Source: Candidatus Bathyarchaeia archaeon
Lineage (GTDB): Archaea > Thermoproteota > Bathyarchaeia > Bathyarchaeales > Bathycorpusculaceae
Direction: 5' to 3'
Assembly: GCA_050012255.1 (NCBI GenBank)
Contig: JBEKHN010000001.1
Span: forward strand, 320,001-384,000
DNA: 64,000 nucleotides
Position 1 is the stretch's first letter. Each line of letters begins with the position of its first letter. Shown here piece after piece: positions 1-10,426 of this stretch. The translations under genes were made by a program, and so were the position numbers. The notes under the pieces were generated by a model that saw only the letters and a list, made by a program, of their open reading frames with translations, made no database searches and had not been told where the DNA came from.

Positions 1-2
1 AT

Positions 3-1028
3 TCAACCGACGATGGATTGCGGCTTGACGGTTCTTCTGGAGGAGTAGCGACGCAACTGCTACTCTATGCCCAGGAAACGGGCGTGATCAACGGCGCGCT
101 AGTTGTGGGAATGAGGAAAGACGAGCCATTAGTCCCCGAGCCTTTTATCGCGAGAACAAGGGAAGAGATGGTTTCCGCTTCAAAGTCGAAATACTGTCCA
201 GTTGCAACGAATACTGCCGTGAACAAGATACTATCGGAAGATGGCAAGTTTGCCGTCGTTGGGTTGCCCTGTCACATCCATGGGATTAGAAAAGCTGAAA
301 GAGTCTCAAAGAGTGTGAGGGAAAAAATAGTCTTGCACGTTGGCCTTTTTTGCGGGCACACGGTGAATTTCGCGGGAACAGAGCTTCTTCTCAACAAGCT
401 TCGGATTGGGAAGAACGATGTCGCACGGATTGAATACAGAGGTTGTGGACACCCCAGTTTCATGTCAATCCAGTTGAAGAACGGCCGAACCGTGAAGTTT
501 CGTTTCAATAGAGGCTGGAACGCGTATTGGAATGTTTTCTCCAGTTTCCTCTTCACTCCCTTGCGCTGCATGACCTGTCCGGATCAATTCAACGAACTGT
601 CCGACGTTTCTTTAGGGGATGCCTGGCTTCCGGAGCTTGGACACGGTAGATTGGCCGAATCAGCAATAATCACGAGAACACCTGTTGCTGAGGAGATGAT
701 TTCTTCAATGAGGAAGAGTGGCGTGTTGTCCGTTAGACCCGTCCCCCCGGAGAAGATCAGGCAGTCACAGTCTTTCAGCTTGAACTTCAAGAAAGAACAG
801 TTTTCTGCTCGAGCTTCCGTCTTCAGAGTGTTGGGACATCCGACACCTTGGCTCGTTCCTGAAGCCCCGGATTCAAGGCTGATGGCGTTTGTTGGGGCAT
901 TCTTTTCCTACCTCAGCTTCCGTGTCTCTTCAAGTAAGCGTTTGAGTTCAGTGTTGCTTTATGTCCCGTTGCCACTGTTCAGAGTCTACTTTGGCGTGTT
1001 TAAGAGCATCTATCTCTTGTCAAGTTAG
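3..1028 (+). CDS. Coenzyme F420 hydrogenase/dehydrogenase beta-subunit (FrhB-like) protein, polysaccharide-locus type; 5' end outside window
   Basis: SSGG motif, SKYCP, VVGLPC, GLFC, C-terminal RCxxCxD...DVSLGDAW. The frame is open back to the window edge and the gene is adjacent to a pyruvyl transferase. Confidence 0.85.
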   Translation, partial: STDDGLRLDGSSGGVATQLLLYAQETGVINGALVVGMRKDEPLVPEPFIARTREEMVSASKSKYCPVATNTAVNKILSEDGKFAVVGLPCHIHGIRKAERVSKSVREKIVLHVGLFCGHTVNFAGTELLLNKLRIGKNDVARIEYRGCGHPSFMSIQLKNGRTVKFRFNRGWNAYWNVFSSFLFTPLRCMTCPDQFNELSDVSLGDAWLPELGHGRLAESAIITRTPVAEEMISSMRKSGVLSVRPVPPEKIRQSQSFSLNFKKEQFSARASVFRVLGHPTPWLVPEAPDSRLMAFVGAFFSYLSFRVSSSKRLSSVLLYVPLPLFRVYFGVFKSIYLLSS

Positions 1029-1037
1029 GGGGTCTCG

Positions 1038-2429
1038 TTGAGCTTGTGTTCTCTTAAAGTGCACATAATCCATGTTGGAAACATGGCAAACAAGGGAACA
1101 CAGGCTTTGCTTAAGAGCGACATGTCCGTGATAGGTGATGTTTTCAAAGGCAACGTTACGTTTTCTGTTTCCACCACAGACGTTGAAGGTGTAAGACGGT
1201 TAATTGCGCCCTACAACTCTGTGATGCCTACGACGATCGACATACCTTACGAGAGGGCAGACTTCTACGTGAGGAGATTTGGCTTGGAGAGAAATAGCCT
1301 CAGGTACAAAGTCTTCGCCTTTGCCAGTTTGCTCTACATGTTTGCTCAGGCATGCCTCTCAATTTTCTCGGTTTTTCTTGCGAAGGCGAAGTTGAAACCA
1401 GTCTATCGAGGCGAGATTCTGGAACATGTTAAGGCCTGTGACCTGGTTGTGTCTTGCAGTGACGAAAACTTCAAAGAAAGCGCATCCATGCTCCCACTGA
1501 ATGTCTATTGGATCCCAACGTGGTGGTCTTTGCTAGTTTCGAGAACCTGGGAAATTCTGCTCGCGAAATCGATGCGGAAACCCGTAGTTGTGTTTCCCAA
1601 CTCAATTGGGCCTTTTCGGACACGTATGGGGCGCATGCTATCAAGAACTGCGCTCGACAACTGTGATTTTATTCTCGTAAGGGATCCTATCTCATACGGA
1701 GCAGTCAAAACCTTGGGTGTAAGATCGCCTGTGATCTTGACGTCTGACACAACTCTTCTTTTCAATTCAACCCATAAATCGTCGACAGACAATTGCACCA
1801 GTGGGCTTTCTGATTTGAATGGAATAGTGGGCGTTTCTCCTGGAATATACAGTCACAGCCTTCCTGAAAAGAGGGTTCATGAGTATATTGAAGCTCACGC
1901 AAAGGCGTTGGACGGGGCAATCGAGCAGTATGGTTTTTCGGTTGTTTTTCTTCCCCATTACGTGAGTGGTTTTTCTCTCGATGATTTAGAGGTGTGTAAG
2001 CTCATACTCGGTAAGATGAAGAACGTGGAAAGGGCTAGGATAATCAACTGCAATACCGTTGAAGAGTATTCTTCTTTGATAGGGCAGATGGACATGATCA
2101 TATCTTCGAAAATGCATCCTGCTGTTCTGGCAGCTTCTTCGTTTGTGCCGTCGGTGTGCGTTGCTTACGATTACAAACAGACTGGTTTTTTTGTGAGCCT
2201 GGGGTTGGGCGATTGTGTCGTTCCTCTGAATGAGTTTTCATGTAAGCAGCTTTCCACAAAGATTGACTATGTTTGGACCAGGAGAAGTGAGATTAGGGGC
2301 CTGCTGAAGAAACGTGTTCCGGATCTTCAGAAGCAAATCAGAGAGTCCATCACGCAGGCCGTTGGGCCCTTCATCGAACTTTGCGTTCGAGGAAAACAAG
2401 ATACCAATAGTGATTTAACGGGGCGATGA
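1038..2429 (+). CDS. Polysaccharide pyruvyl transferase family protein (WcaK-like)
   Basis: N-terminal NKG..AL, SIGPF, VRDPIS, and SSKMHP..LA..YDYK motifs. Confidence 0.85.
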   Translation: MSLCSLKVHIIHVGNMANKGTQALLKSDMSVIGDVFKGNVTFSVSTTDVEGVRRLIAPYNSVMPTTIDIPYERADFYVRRFGLERNSLRYKVFAFASLLYMFAQACLSIFSVFLAKAKLKPVYRGEILEHVKACDLVVSCSDENFKESASMLPLNVYWIPTWWSLLVSRTWEILLAKSMRKPVVVFPNSIGPFRTRMGRMLSRTALDNCDFILVRDPISYGAVKTLGVRSPVILTSDTTLLFNSTHKSSTDNCTSGLSDLNGIVGVSPGIYSHSLPEKRVHEYIEAHAKALDGAIEQYGFSVVFLPHYVSGFSLDDLEVCKLILGKMKNVERARIINCNTVEEYSSLIGQMDMIISSKMHPAVLAASSFVPSVCVAYDYKQTGFFVSLGLGDCVVPLNEFSCKQLSTKIDYVWTRRSEIRGLLKKRVPDLQKQIRESITQAVGPFIELCVRGKQDTNSDLTGR

Positions 2430-2460
2430 TTATTATGAAGAACAATGAGAGGCACAATTT

Positions 2461-3783
2461 TTGGTTAATTATTTGAGAGCGTACTATTACTTTCGCATTT
2501 TGCTTGGGCGACTGTACTGGCCCAGGGAGAGATTAAGAAAATATCAGAATGCGAAGCTCAAGGAAACATTGGGATACGCTTATGAAAACGTGCCATTTTA
2601 TCGCAGAAAATTCAGAGAGGCGGGACTCAAACCGAACGACCTGAAAAATGTTGAAGACTTGGAAAGATTTCCCGTCACGACAAAGGACGAAATAAGGAAA
2701 AACTTCTGTGAAACAGTTTCTGGAGAATACAGCGCCCTGAGGCTTAAGATGCGCAGGACCAGCGGCTCGACGGGGCAGCCGTTGTTCTTTTACATAAGTG
2801 GGGTCGAAGATGAGTTCAGAAAGGCTAGACATCTAAGGGCGAACACGGTTTGCGGTCAGGGGCTGAGAGACAGGTATGTCACGATCACGCATCCGCTTTA
2901 TTTTAGCCAAACCACGCGTCTCCAGCGTCTACTGGGTTTCTATGCGGCCCTTCCCGTGTCAGTTTTTGATGATGTGGACAAGCAGATTTCGGTCATAAAG
3001 AATCTCAGGCCAGATATTTTGGATGGGTATGCGAGCAGTCTGCTGTTGTTGGCTCATCGCATCGACGACAAAGGTGTTGATGCCATAAAGCCTAGGTTTT
3101 TGATAAGCGGTGCCGACCTGATTGACTTGCAGTCGAGAAGATACGTCGAAAAAGTTTTCAACGTGCCATTCTACGACCAGTACGCGTGTGCTGAGCTTGA
3201 GAGACTCGCTTGGGAATGCGAGGAACGGGCAGGTTACCATATCGATGCAGACTCGTTGATAATGGAGTTTGTTGATGAACGCGGGAACCATGTTGCACCA
3301 GGCGAAACGGGGGAGATAGTTTGCACCAGCCTATTCAACCGTGCTATGCCGTTTATCAGGTACAAGATAGGCGACATCGGAAAGTCTTCAGAAGAGGAGA
3401 CGTGTCCTTGCGGAAGAACTTTCCCCTTGATGAAGTTGCTGGAGGGAAGAAAGGACGCGACGGTCTTCTTGCCCGATGGGAGGGCGTTGTCCTCGTTCGC
3501 GCTGATCGCGGCAATGTACCAGTTGAGCTTCTACAAGGATATTGATCAGTTTAGGGTTGTCCAAAAGAAAGAGAACCTTCTGAGTTTCATGATCAAAACA
3601 AAAGAGAATGTTCTCAGCAAAAAAGAGGCAGAGAAGGAACTGGTTGGGCTTTTCAACCGGGCACTAAGCCTCGAGGAGGATGAAGTTGAGTTTCAAGTGG
3701 ATTTTGTCGACGACATCCCCTTGGACAAGAGCGGCAAGTTCAGCGTGGTTATTTCGGAGTTGAGCCAGACCTCTAACTGTTGA
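2461..3783 (+). CDS. Phenylacetate-CoA ligase family (CapK/PaaK-like) adenylate-forming enzyme, copy 1
   Basis: AYENVPFY, TSGSTG, YACAE, MPFIRYKIGD, CPCGR, EGR.D, SGKF motifs. Confidence 0.9.
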   Translation: MVNYLRAYYYFRILLGRLYWPRERLRKYQNAKLKETLGYAYENVPFYRRKFREAGLKPNDLKNVEDLERFPVTTKDEIRKNFCETVSGEYSALRLKMRRTSGSTGQPLFFYISGVEDEFRKARHLRANTVCGQGLRDRYVTITHPLYFSQTTRLQRLLGFYAALPVSVFDDVDKQISVIKNLRPDILDGYASSLLLLAHRIDDKGVDAIKPRFLISGADLIDLQSRRYVEKVFNVPFYDQYACAELERLAWECEERAGYHIDADSLIMEFVDERGNHVAPGETGEIVCTSLFNRAMPFIRYKIGDIGKSSEEETCPCGRTFPLMKLLEGRKDATVFLPDGRALSSFALIAAMYQLSFYKDIDQFRVVQKKENLLSFMIKTKENVLSKKEAEKELVGLFNRALSLEEDEVEFQVDFVDDIPLDKSGKFSVVISELSQTSNC

Positions 3784-3794
3784 AGTGAGACTCG

Positions 3795-5108
3795 TTGACC
3801 AACTATTTCAGGGCTTCGTACTACTTGTACTCTTTGATGCGACGTGCCTACTGGCCAGAAGAAAGACTGCTGCAACATCAAAACAGACAGGTCAGAAGCG
3901 TCGTGAAGTACGCTTACGACAACGTCCCATTTTACCATAGAAGGCTGAAGGAAGCAGGTGTCGACCCGAGCGAAATCAGAACTGCTGACGATCTGAACAA
4001 GTTGCCCATCCTTGCCAAGGACGACGTGAGGAAGAACCTTGAACAGATGATTTCAAAGGAATTCGACGTTGCGAGGTTGAAGAGGCTTCGGACGAGTGGT
4101 TCGACAGGCAAGCCCCTGCACTTCTACATAACCTGGTCGGAGGACGAGTTCAGAAAAGCGAAACACCTCAGGGCCAACATGAGCTGCGGGCAGAAGCCCT
4201 GGGACAAGTGGGTTCTAATAACCTCACCCTTGCACTTTGGCGAAATCAAGAGCCTGCAGAGGCTGCTTGGCATTTTCGTTCCGACTCCGGTGCTCGTGTT
4301 CTATGATGTTGGCACGCAAGTTTCCCTTGTCGAGCAGATGCGACCAGACGTGCTTGACGGCTACTCCAGCTCTCTTCTCCTGCTCGCTAAAGAAGTGAAG
4401 AGGAGGGGAACGCACATGGTTAAGCCGAGGCTCATCATCGGCGGCGCCGAATTCATCGGTGATTCTTCAAGGCGGTTTATTGAGGAAGCGTTTGACGTGC
4501 CGTTTTATGACCAGTACGCTTGTGAGGAAATGGAGAGAGTCGCCTGGCAATGCAAAGAGAGACATGGGTATCACGTTGACGCCGATTCCATGATCTTGCA
4601 GTTTGTCAATGATGGCGAAGAGGTTTCTCCCGGCGAAAGTGGCGAGATAGTCTGCACCAGCCTGTTCAACTACGCGATGCCGTTCATCCGGTACGCGGTA
4701 GGCGACGTTGGGGTGCCCTCTGATGAGAAGTGTCCTTGTGGCAGGTCACTTCCTCTGATGAAAGTGGTTGAAGGACGAAAAGACTCGTTCCTCGTGCTTG
4801 CCGATGGCCAGGTCATGTCTCCCTTCGCTTTTGACGCGGCCATGTGTCTGTTCAAGTTCCACGATGACATCGACGAATATCGTGTGATACAGAGAAAAGC
4901 CGATGTTTTCGAGTTTCTGATCAAGATGGGCCGTGAAGGCCCGGATGAGAGAACCGTGGAGGAAGAGTTGCTGACGCATCTGAAGAAGACGTTGAATATG
5001 AGCCCCGAAAAAGCCTCGTTTAGAATCAGATTCGTCGACAGCATCCCCCTGGACAAGAGTGGGAAGCTGAGGAAGGTCGTTTCAGAGCTCGGTCAAACTC
5101 TTGAATAG
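3795..5108 (+). CDS. Phenylacetate-CoA ligase family (CapK/PaaK-like), copy 2 (tandem paralog)
   Basis: Same motif set (TSGSTGKP, MPFIRYAVGD, CPCGR, SGKL) and clearly collinear with 2461..3783. Confidence 0.9.
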   Translation: MTNYFRASYYLYSLMRRAYWPEERLLQHQNRQVRSVVKYAYDNVPFYHRRLKEAGVDPSEIRTADDLNKLPILAKDDVRKNLEQMISKEFDVARLKRLRTSGSTGKPLHFYITWSEDEFRKAKHLRANMSCGQKPWDKWVLITSPLHFGEIKSLQRLLGIFVPTPVLVFYDVGTQVSLVEQMRPDVLDGYSSSLLLLAKEVKRRGTHMVKPRLIIGGAEFIGDSSRRFIEEAFDVPFYDQYACEEMERVAWQCKERHGYHVDADSMILQFVNDGEEVSPGESGEIVCTSLFNYAMPFIRYAVGDVGVPSDEKCPCGRSLPLMKVVEGRKDSFLVLADGQVMSPFAFDAAMCLFKFHDDIDEYRVIQRKADVFEFLIKMGREGPDERTVEEELLTHLKKTLNMSPEKASFRIRFVDSIPLDKSGKLRKVVSELGQTLE

Positions 5109-5232
5109 CTAACGTCTTTCGAAGGTGCAAGTGGCCCTTGTTCAGAGCTCAAACCCGAATACAGAATAATTATCACAGATAAACAAAACCTAAATGTCGA
5201 TGCGGAATGGAAGTTTTGGAGACTTAGGCTGA

Positions 5233-6621
5233 ATGTCTGACGGTGAGTTTGAGGGTCTGCATTTTCCTGAGGCGCCGAAGATCGTCGTGAAGCCTCCTGG
5301 CCCAAAATCGAGAGAGATGCTTCAGAGGCAAAGTCTTGTCGAAACTGCTGCGGTTTCGTATCCGAAGGCCCTGCCGATGGCCCTTGAAGAAGGCAGAGGG
5401 GCAACTCTGAAGGATGTTGACGGCAACGTTTACATTGATTTCTTGGCAGGGGCTGGAACCGTTAACGTGGGTCACTGCAACCCCGAGGTTGTGCGGGCAG
5501 CGAAGCAGCAGATGGAGATGTTGACACACTGCCTCGATTTTCCCACGCCCGTCAGAATGGAACTCACGAGGGAACTGTTTCCGCTGCTTCCGGGGAAGCT
5601 GAAGAGCGATGCGAAGATCTTCATAGTGGCGCCCACGGGGGCAGATGCTGTTGAGACAGCCGTGAAATTGGCCAAGTTCAATACGCGTCGTGTCGGCCTG
5701 GTTTCGTTTGAAGGTGCCTATCACGGAATGACGGCGGGTTCACTGGCGCTGACAGCGGACACCGAGTTCAAGAAGGATTACATGCCGATGATGCCAGAGG
5801 TGCATTTTGTTCCTTACGCGTACTGTTACCGCTGCGCCTTCGGGAAAGAATACCCCGATTGCGACCTCGAATGTGCAAGATACGTGCGACACGTGCTGGA
5901 AGATCCGAATTCAGGTGTCGTTGACCCTGCTGCCATAATTGTAGAGGCGGTTCAGGGGGAGGGCGGGTCGATTCCCCCGCCTGAAGGGTTCATGGCGGAG
6001 ATCAGAAGGATATGCGCAGACCATTCCGTACCGCTTATAGTTGACGAGATTCAGGCGGGCATGTGTAGAACCGGCAGAGTTTGGGCGTGCGAGCATTCTG
6101 GAATAACTCCTGACATCATGACGATCTCAAAGGGAATCGGAGGAGGGCTTCCGCTGGCAATGGTCGCGTTTGACAAGAACCTTGACACGTGGAAGAAGGG
6201 GGCGCATGTGGGCACGTTCAGGGGCAACGTGGTCGCCTTGGCCGCCGCAGTCGCAACAGTGAGGTTTGTGAAGGAGCACAAGCTTTGGGAACACGCTGCC
6301 AGCTTGGGCAAAGAAGTTTTTCTACCAAGACTGGACGAGTTGAAAGAGGAGACTGAACACATCGGGGACGTCCGAGGGAAGGGGTTGATGGTGGGCGTTG
6401 AGTTTGTCAAAGATAGGAAGAGCAAGAAGCCGTGGCCTGAAATAGCGGGGGAAGTTCGAAAGACGTGTTATGAGATGGGGTTGATAACCGAGGTTGGAGG
6501 ACACTACCAGAACGTCATCAGGTTTATACCCCCGTTGGTTATTACGAAGAAGTTGGCCGAAACTGGATTAGAGATTTTTGCGGAAGCAACAAAGAGGGTT
6601 GAATCGTCTAAGTCTAGGTGA
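5233..6621 (+). CDS. Class III PLP aminotransferase (diaminobutyrate/4-aminobutyrate transaminase-like)
   Basis: DVDGNVYIDF, GHCNP, FEGAYHG, VQGEGG, DEIQAG, SKG, HVGTFRGN. The TFRGN signature resembles DABA aminotransferases. Confidence 0.9.
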   Translation: MSDGEFEGLHFPEAPKIVVKPPGPKSREMLQRQSLVETAAVSYPKALPMALEEGRGATLKDVDGNVYIDFLAGAGTVNVGHCNPEVVRAAKQQMEMLTHCLDFPTPVRMELTRELFPLLPGKLKSDAKIFIVAPTGADAVETAVKLAKFNTRRVGLVSFEGAYHGMTAGSLALTADTEFKKDYMPMMPEVHFVPYAYCYRCAFGKEYPDCDLECARYVRHVLEDPNSGVVDPAAIIVEAVQGEGGSIPPPEGFMAEIRRICADHSVPLIVDEIQAGMCRTGRVWACEHSGITPDIMTISKGIGGGLPLAMVAFDKNLDTWKKGAHVGTFRGNVVALAAAVATVRFVKEHKLWEHAASLGKEVFLPRLDELKEETEHIGDVRGKGLMVGVEFVKDRKSKKPWPEIAGEVRKTCYEMGLITEVGGHYQNVIRFIPPLVITKKLAETGLEIFAEATKRVESSKSR

Positions 6622-6668
6622 GTCTGAACGCGCGTGCCGCTTGTAGGCAATGAAGATGCTTGTTGACT

Positions 6669-9158
6669 TTACCAACTGACTTGAATTGTGCTTTTGGCCC
6701 CGTAGACCGTTAACGTGCCGCTGTTGTAGGTCCAGCCAGCGCCTTCACTTTTTGCTGTTCCATCAACGAGGACGAGTAAGGGCTTAACCCTGCCTCCGAG
6801 GTCGAACGTTGACGTGCAGTTCACTTGTGGGGCCAGGTTTGATGTGTCGATTTTCAATGTGAGAGCGGTTCCGTTCCAACTGAAGCTTCTGATGTCACCT
6901 TGAGTTACGGTGACGAAGTTGTCGCTTCGCAGCCTGTCGAAGTGGCTGAACAGTCCAAGAATGGTTGCAACATAATGATCCGTGGCCCACAAGATTTGGC
7001 GCGCGCCGTATGATTCGCTCCAGGTAAGCGGTTCTATGAGATAACTGCTTGCGTTGACCAGGTAGCCAGCGCCGATGTGAGCCTCACTGTCATACCCGCT
7101 TCCGCTTATTGCCACGATTTTTCCGATGTCAACGTTGTTTCCCCCGTCGGTGAAGTATCCCCACTCCTTCAAGGCCTCAAAATCATCCTTGGTATAATAG
7201 CAGTTTTGTTGTGAAGCCAGTTGCAGGTTGGTTGGCAACGTCCAACTGTAGTAGTATCCGTTGGGATACCAAATGCCTCCCTCATGAAGATTTACGTAGA
7301 CAACGGGTGAGTAGTTGCCCCAGAGCCAGCGCAGGGCCCAAGCCTCCGGTTCGGTCGTGTTTGTGTTCCCTGGTGGGAACTGGCGATTGAGATCCACACC
7401 GTTGGCGTTGTAGCGAACATTGTTAACGTAGCCGTCTGGGTTCACGATCGGGGTAACGATCACGCTTACCTCGCTCAAGCGGTCTTTCCAATAACCGCCT
7501 GCCACGAAGTTGTCTTGTATGACTTCAAGCAGTCTGAGCAGGGACGGTGCCGAGTTTTTCTCGTTGCCGTGGATACAGCCGTCAACCATGATGTATGTGG
7601 AGCCGTTGCCGAATCGGGTTGCGTTTATATCTCTTCCTAAGACTGATTTGCCGATTCTGATCAGTGAAGCGTTCATGCCGGGCGGCGCGTTGGCAACCCA
7701 GCTGCTGAGCCGGCTCATGACTTCGTCGTACGTGAATTCCTGGATACCGTCTGCAAACCAGCGTGCGTATGTTCCGGTCGGAAAGTCTTGCACCATTTTT
7801 ATTGGTGCAAATACGTGCCAGATTCCAGCCCACTCGGTTGTCGGTGTCGTTGCGTCAAGGTCCATCACGTAGAATCCGTTTTGGGGCTGCATACTGTTCG
7901 TGTGGAAATAGGCGATTCTACTTGCGTCGTAGCGGGCAATCACAGTTACGTTGGCAAGAGCTGACAATCCAGAAGCAAGAACGGTTGTCAACTGGCCAAC
8001 ATTGCCCGTCACATTATACATTTCAACTTGGTCTCCGCTGCGGAAGTTTCCGAAATCAGTAACGTACGTGACCAGGCTGGTTGAGACGATCTGGGTGCTG
8101 CCGCTTAGGCTTGGATAAAGCGTGTTGCAGAAGTCGTACATGTGCGCAATGACGATGCGCGTCTGAGCGAACTGCATGATGGCGGTGGCGTTGTAAGCGT
8201 TTGCATGTTTTGTGAAAACGACCAAGCCATCAAAGCGGTCTACGTCTTCGAAACGCGTGACGTCTGATGGTGAAATCGCCCTGAAGCTTATGCTCTGGTT
8301 GCCAAAAAGCCAATAGAAGTTTCTAATAGCTGGGTCTTCGTTAACCGAGCCTATCACCCCGAACGTGTATCGTAGCTGGCCAACGTACTTGGTGCTCATC
8401 ACGGCGCAGTCACTGAGAACCTCAACGTAATGTTGTACGTTTGCTGTGTAGGTCAAACCCACGCGAACGCGACTGACACCTGCACCGTAAAGTGTGGTGT
8501 CGACGTTGGTGATTGCCAGCTGCCGGACCCCGTTGATCCAGGCGATGTATTCTCCCAGCGTGCTGTGTACTCTGATGTAAAATTCGACGCAGTACCACTT
8601 CCCCTCGACTGGATAGATGTTGTCTGTGCTTGCAGAAACGCTTGAACTGCCGTTGAGGCCCACGATGTTGAATCTGTCAACACCATCAGAGCGATAGATG
8701 CGGAAGGTGCATTGAAGCTGGCCGCCAACTTCAAAACCGATCAACCCGAACCTGTCATCAGTGTCGTTAAGCGGCAGCCCATTAGCAATGTAGAAGTAGC
8801 TTCTCGCGTGGACTTCGCTAACTGCAGGCGATATACTTTGATAAACGGTAGCATATTTAGCGCCAGAAGACAAGGCGTCTGTCTGGAAACGCGCAGCGTA
8901 GACACCTTGATAAGGCGTTGTCGACACGACCGTGGCGTTGTCGCCCGTAGTTGTGTAGACGCCGCTCCAAGCCCCGAAGCCGCCGCTTTCAAATTCGTCT
9001 TGAAAGAGAACTTGAGCTGCTGGCGGATTATAAATCGAGCCGCTGGAAGGTATGAGGAAAGTATTCTGTAGGCTGAGACTCGCTCCAATGAGGGAAACGA
9101 CTAGGAGAATGACTAGGAAAGCGATTACTCCTTTGTCTCTTGAAAAACGAAGCCTCAA
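6669..9158 (-). CDS. Secreted modular protein: signal/TM anchor, LamG/lectin-like beta-sandwich, M14 zinc carboxypeptidase domain
   Basis: N-terminal hydrophobic helix; FQDEFESG...WYCVE...WING jelly-roll pattern; M14 motifs HGNE, NPDG, RYNANGVDLNRQF, NLHE. Confidence 0.8.
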   Translation of the reverse strand: MRLRFSRDKGVIAFLVILLVVSLIGASLSLQNTFLIPSSGSIYNPPAAQVLFQDEFESGGFGAWSGVYTTTGDNATVVSTTPYQGVYAARFQTDALSSGAKYATVYQSISPAVSEVHARSYFYIANGLPLNDTDDRFGLIGFEVGGQLQCTFRIYRSDGVDRFNIVGLNGSSSVSASTDNIYPVEGKWYCVEFYIRVHSTLGEYIAWINGVRQLAITNVDTTLYGAGVSRVRVGLTYTANVQHYVEVLSDCAVMSTKYVGQLRYTFGVIGSVNEDPAIRNFYWLFGNQSISFRAISPSDVTRFEDVDRFDGLVVFTKHANAYNATAIMQFAQTRIVIAHMYDFCNTLYPSLSGSTQIVSTSLVTYVTDFGNFRSGDQVEMYNVTGNVGQLTTVLASGLSALANVTVIARYDASRIAYFHTNSMQPQNGFYVMDLDATTPTTEWAGIWHVFAPIKMVQDFPTGTYARWFADGIQEFTYDEVMSRLSSWVANAPPGMNASLIRIGKSVLGRDINATRFGNGSTYIMVDGCIHGNEKNSAPSLLRLLEVIQDNFVAGGYWKDRLSEVSVIVTPIVNPDGYVNNVRYNANGVDLNRQFPPGNTNTTEPEAWALRWLWGNYSPVVYVNLHEGGIWYPNGYYYSWTLPTNLQLASQQNCYYTKDDFEALKEWGYFTDGGNNVDIGKIVAISGSGYDSEAHIGAGYLVNASSYLIEPLTWSESYGARQILWATDHYVATILGLFSHFDRLRSDNFVTVTQGDIRSFSWNGTALTLKIDTSNLAPQVNCTSTFDLGGRVKPLLVLVDGTAKSEGAGWTYNSGTLTVYGAKSTIQVSW

Positions 9159-9339
9159 GCGATCACCTGGTCATACTGCATTGTGTTTGTCGATGTTTTT
9201 ATGAGTCGCGGTATATGCTATATTGCTAATTAATAAACGATTCTGCGTTAGTGTTCAACACACATACACAAAATCGGCAACAAGCATGTGGTAGAGTGTC
9301 CACTGGACGTTCAGTGTCGAAATGCTCGGTTTGGTCGCT

Positions 9340-10422
9340 ATGAAGATCCTGCAGGTTTGTCCCGACACGTATTCCGAATTGGGCGGAGTCACCGTTCACG
9401 TGAGAAACATAGCCGAAAGGCTCGCCAGAAGACATGACGTGACAGTCTTTGCCGTGGCAAATCATGAGCTTCCAAGGTTTGAGGTGAAAAATGGCGTAAG
9501 AGTGGAGCGGTTTAGATGTTACGCGCCGAGCAACGCTTACTTTTTCTCTTGGGAGATTCCTCTGGAGATGCGCAGAGTCCAGTTCGACGTCGTTCATGGG
9601 CACGGATACCATGCCTTCCCACTTCACTATTCGGCTCTAGCAAAACGCGGCAAGTTTGTTGCAACGCCACATTTCCATGGCGCAGGGCACACGCCGCTCA
9701 GAGACTGTCTGATTAGACTGTTCAAGCCCTTCGGCGCAAGAACCCTTGAAAGGGCTGAAAAGATAATTGCGGTGTCCGAGTTTGAGAAGGCACTGCTGCA
9801 TAGGCAGTTCAAAATCGACGATGACAAGGTTTTGGTGATACCTAACGGGGTTGATCACGGAGAGTTTTCGAATCTGCAGAAAAGGGAACCAGAAGCTAAA
9901 TCCATCTTGTACGTCGGCTTCCTAACGGCATTCAAGGGCCCTCAATACCTGGTGGAGGTTCTGCCACGCTTGGCGGAAGACGTGGTCTTGGAGATTGTTG
10001 GGAGAGGGCCGCTTAGGCCTTTCCTAGAGAAACGTGCGCGCGAGCTGAGAGTTTATGACAGAGTCAGGTTCTATGAGAACTTATCGAGACACGAGCTTTT
10101 GGAAAGGTTTGCTGAGGCAAGCGTGTTTGCAATGTTGTCTACGTTTGAAGCATACTCCATTGTTGTGGCTGAGGCCTTGACTGCTGGAACACCCTGTGTA
10201 GTTGCTAACACTTCTGCTCTAAGCGAGTGGGTCGACAACGAAACGTGTTTTGGAGTCGACTATCCCATAGACCTGAATCAATTGGCGAAACAGGTCAATC
10301 GCGTCCTTGAAAATGGAGTGGATACCACAGCGATGAGGAAGTGGATTGGCACTAAGATACTGGACTGGAACGATGTCGTAGGCCGACTGGAAAACGTCTA
10401 TGAAAGAATAGCTGAGGAGTAG
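9340..10422 (+). CDS. Glycosyltransferase family 4
   Basis: MKILQV..GG, VIPNGVD, KGPQYL, EAYSIVVAEA...GTP. Confidence 0.92.
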   Translation: MKILQVCPDTYSELGGVTVHVRNIAERLARRHDVTVFAVANHELPRFEVKNGVRVERFRCYAPSNAYFFSWEIPLEMRRVQFDVVHGHGYHAFPLHYSALAKRGKFVATPHFHGAGHTPLRDCLIRLFKPFGARTLERAEKIIAVSEFEKALLHRQFKIDDDKVLVIPNGVDHGEFSNLQKREPEAKSILYVGFLTAFKGPQYLVEVLPRLAEDVVLEIVGRGPLRPFLEKRARELRVYDRVRFYENLSRHELLERFAEASVFAMLSTFEAYSIVVAEALTAGTPCVVANTSALSEWVDNETCFGVDYPIDLNQLAKQVNRVLENGVDTTAMRKWIGTKILDWNDVVGRLENVYERIAEE

Positions 10423-10426
10423 ATTT

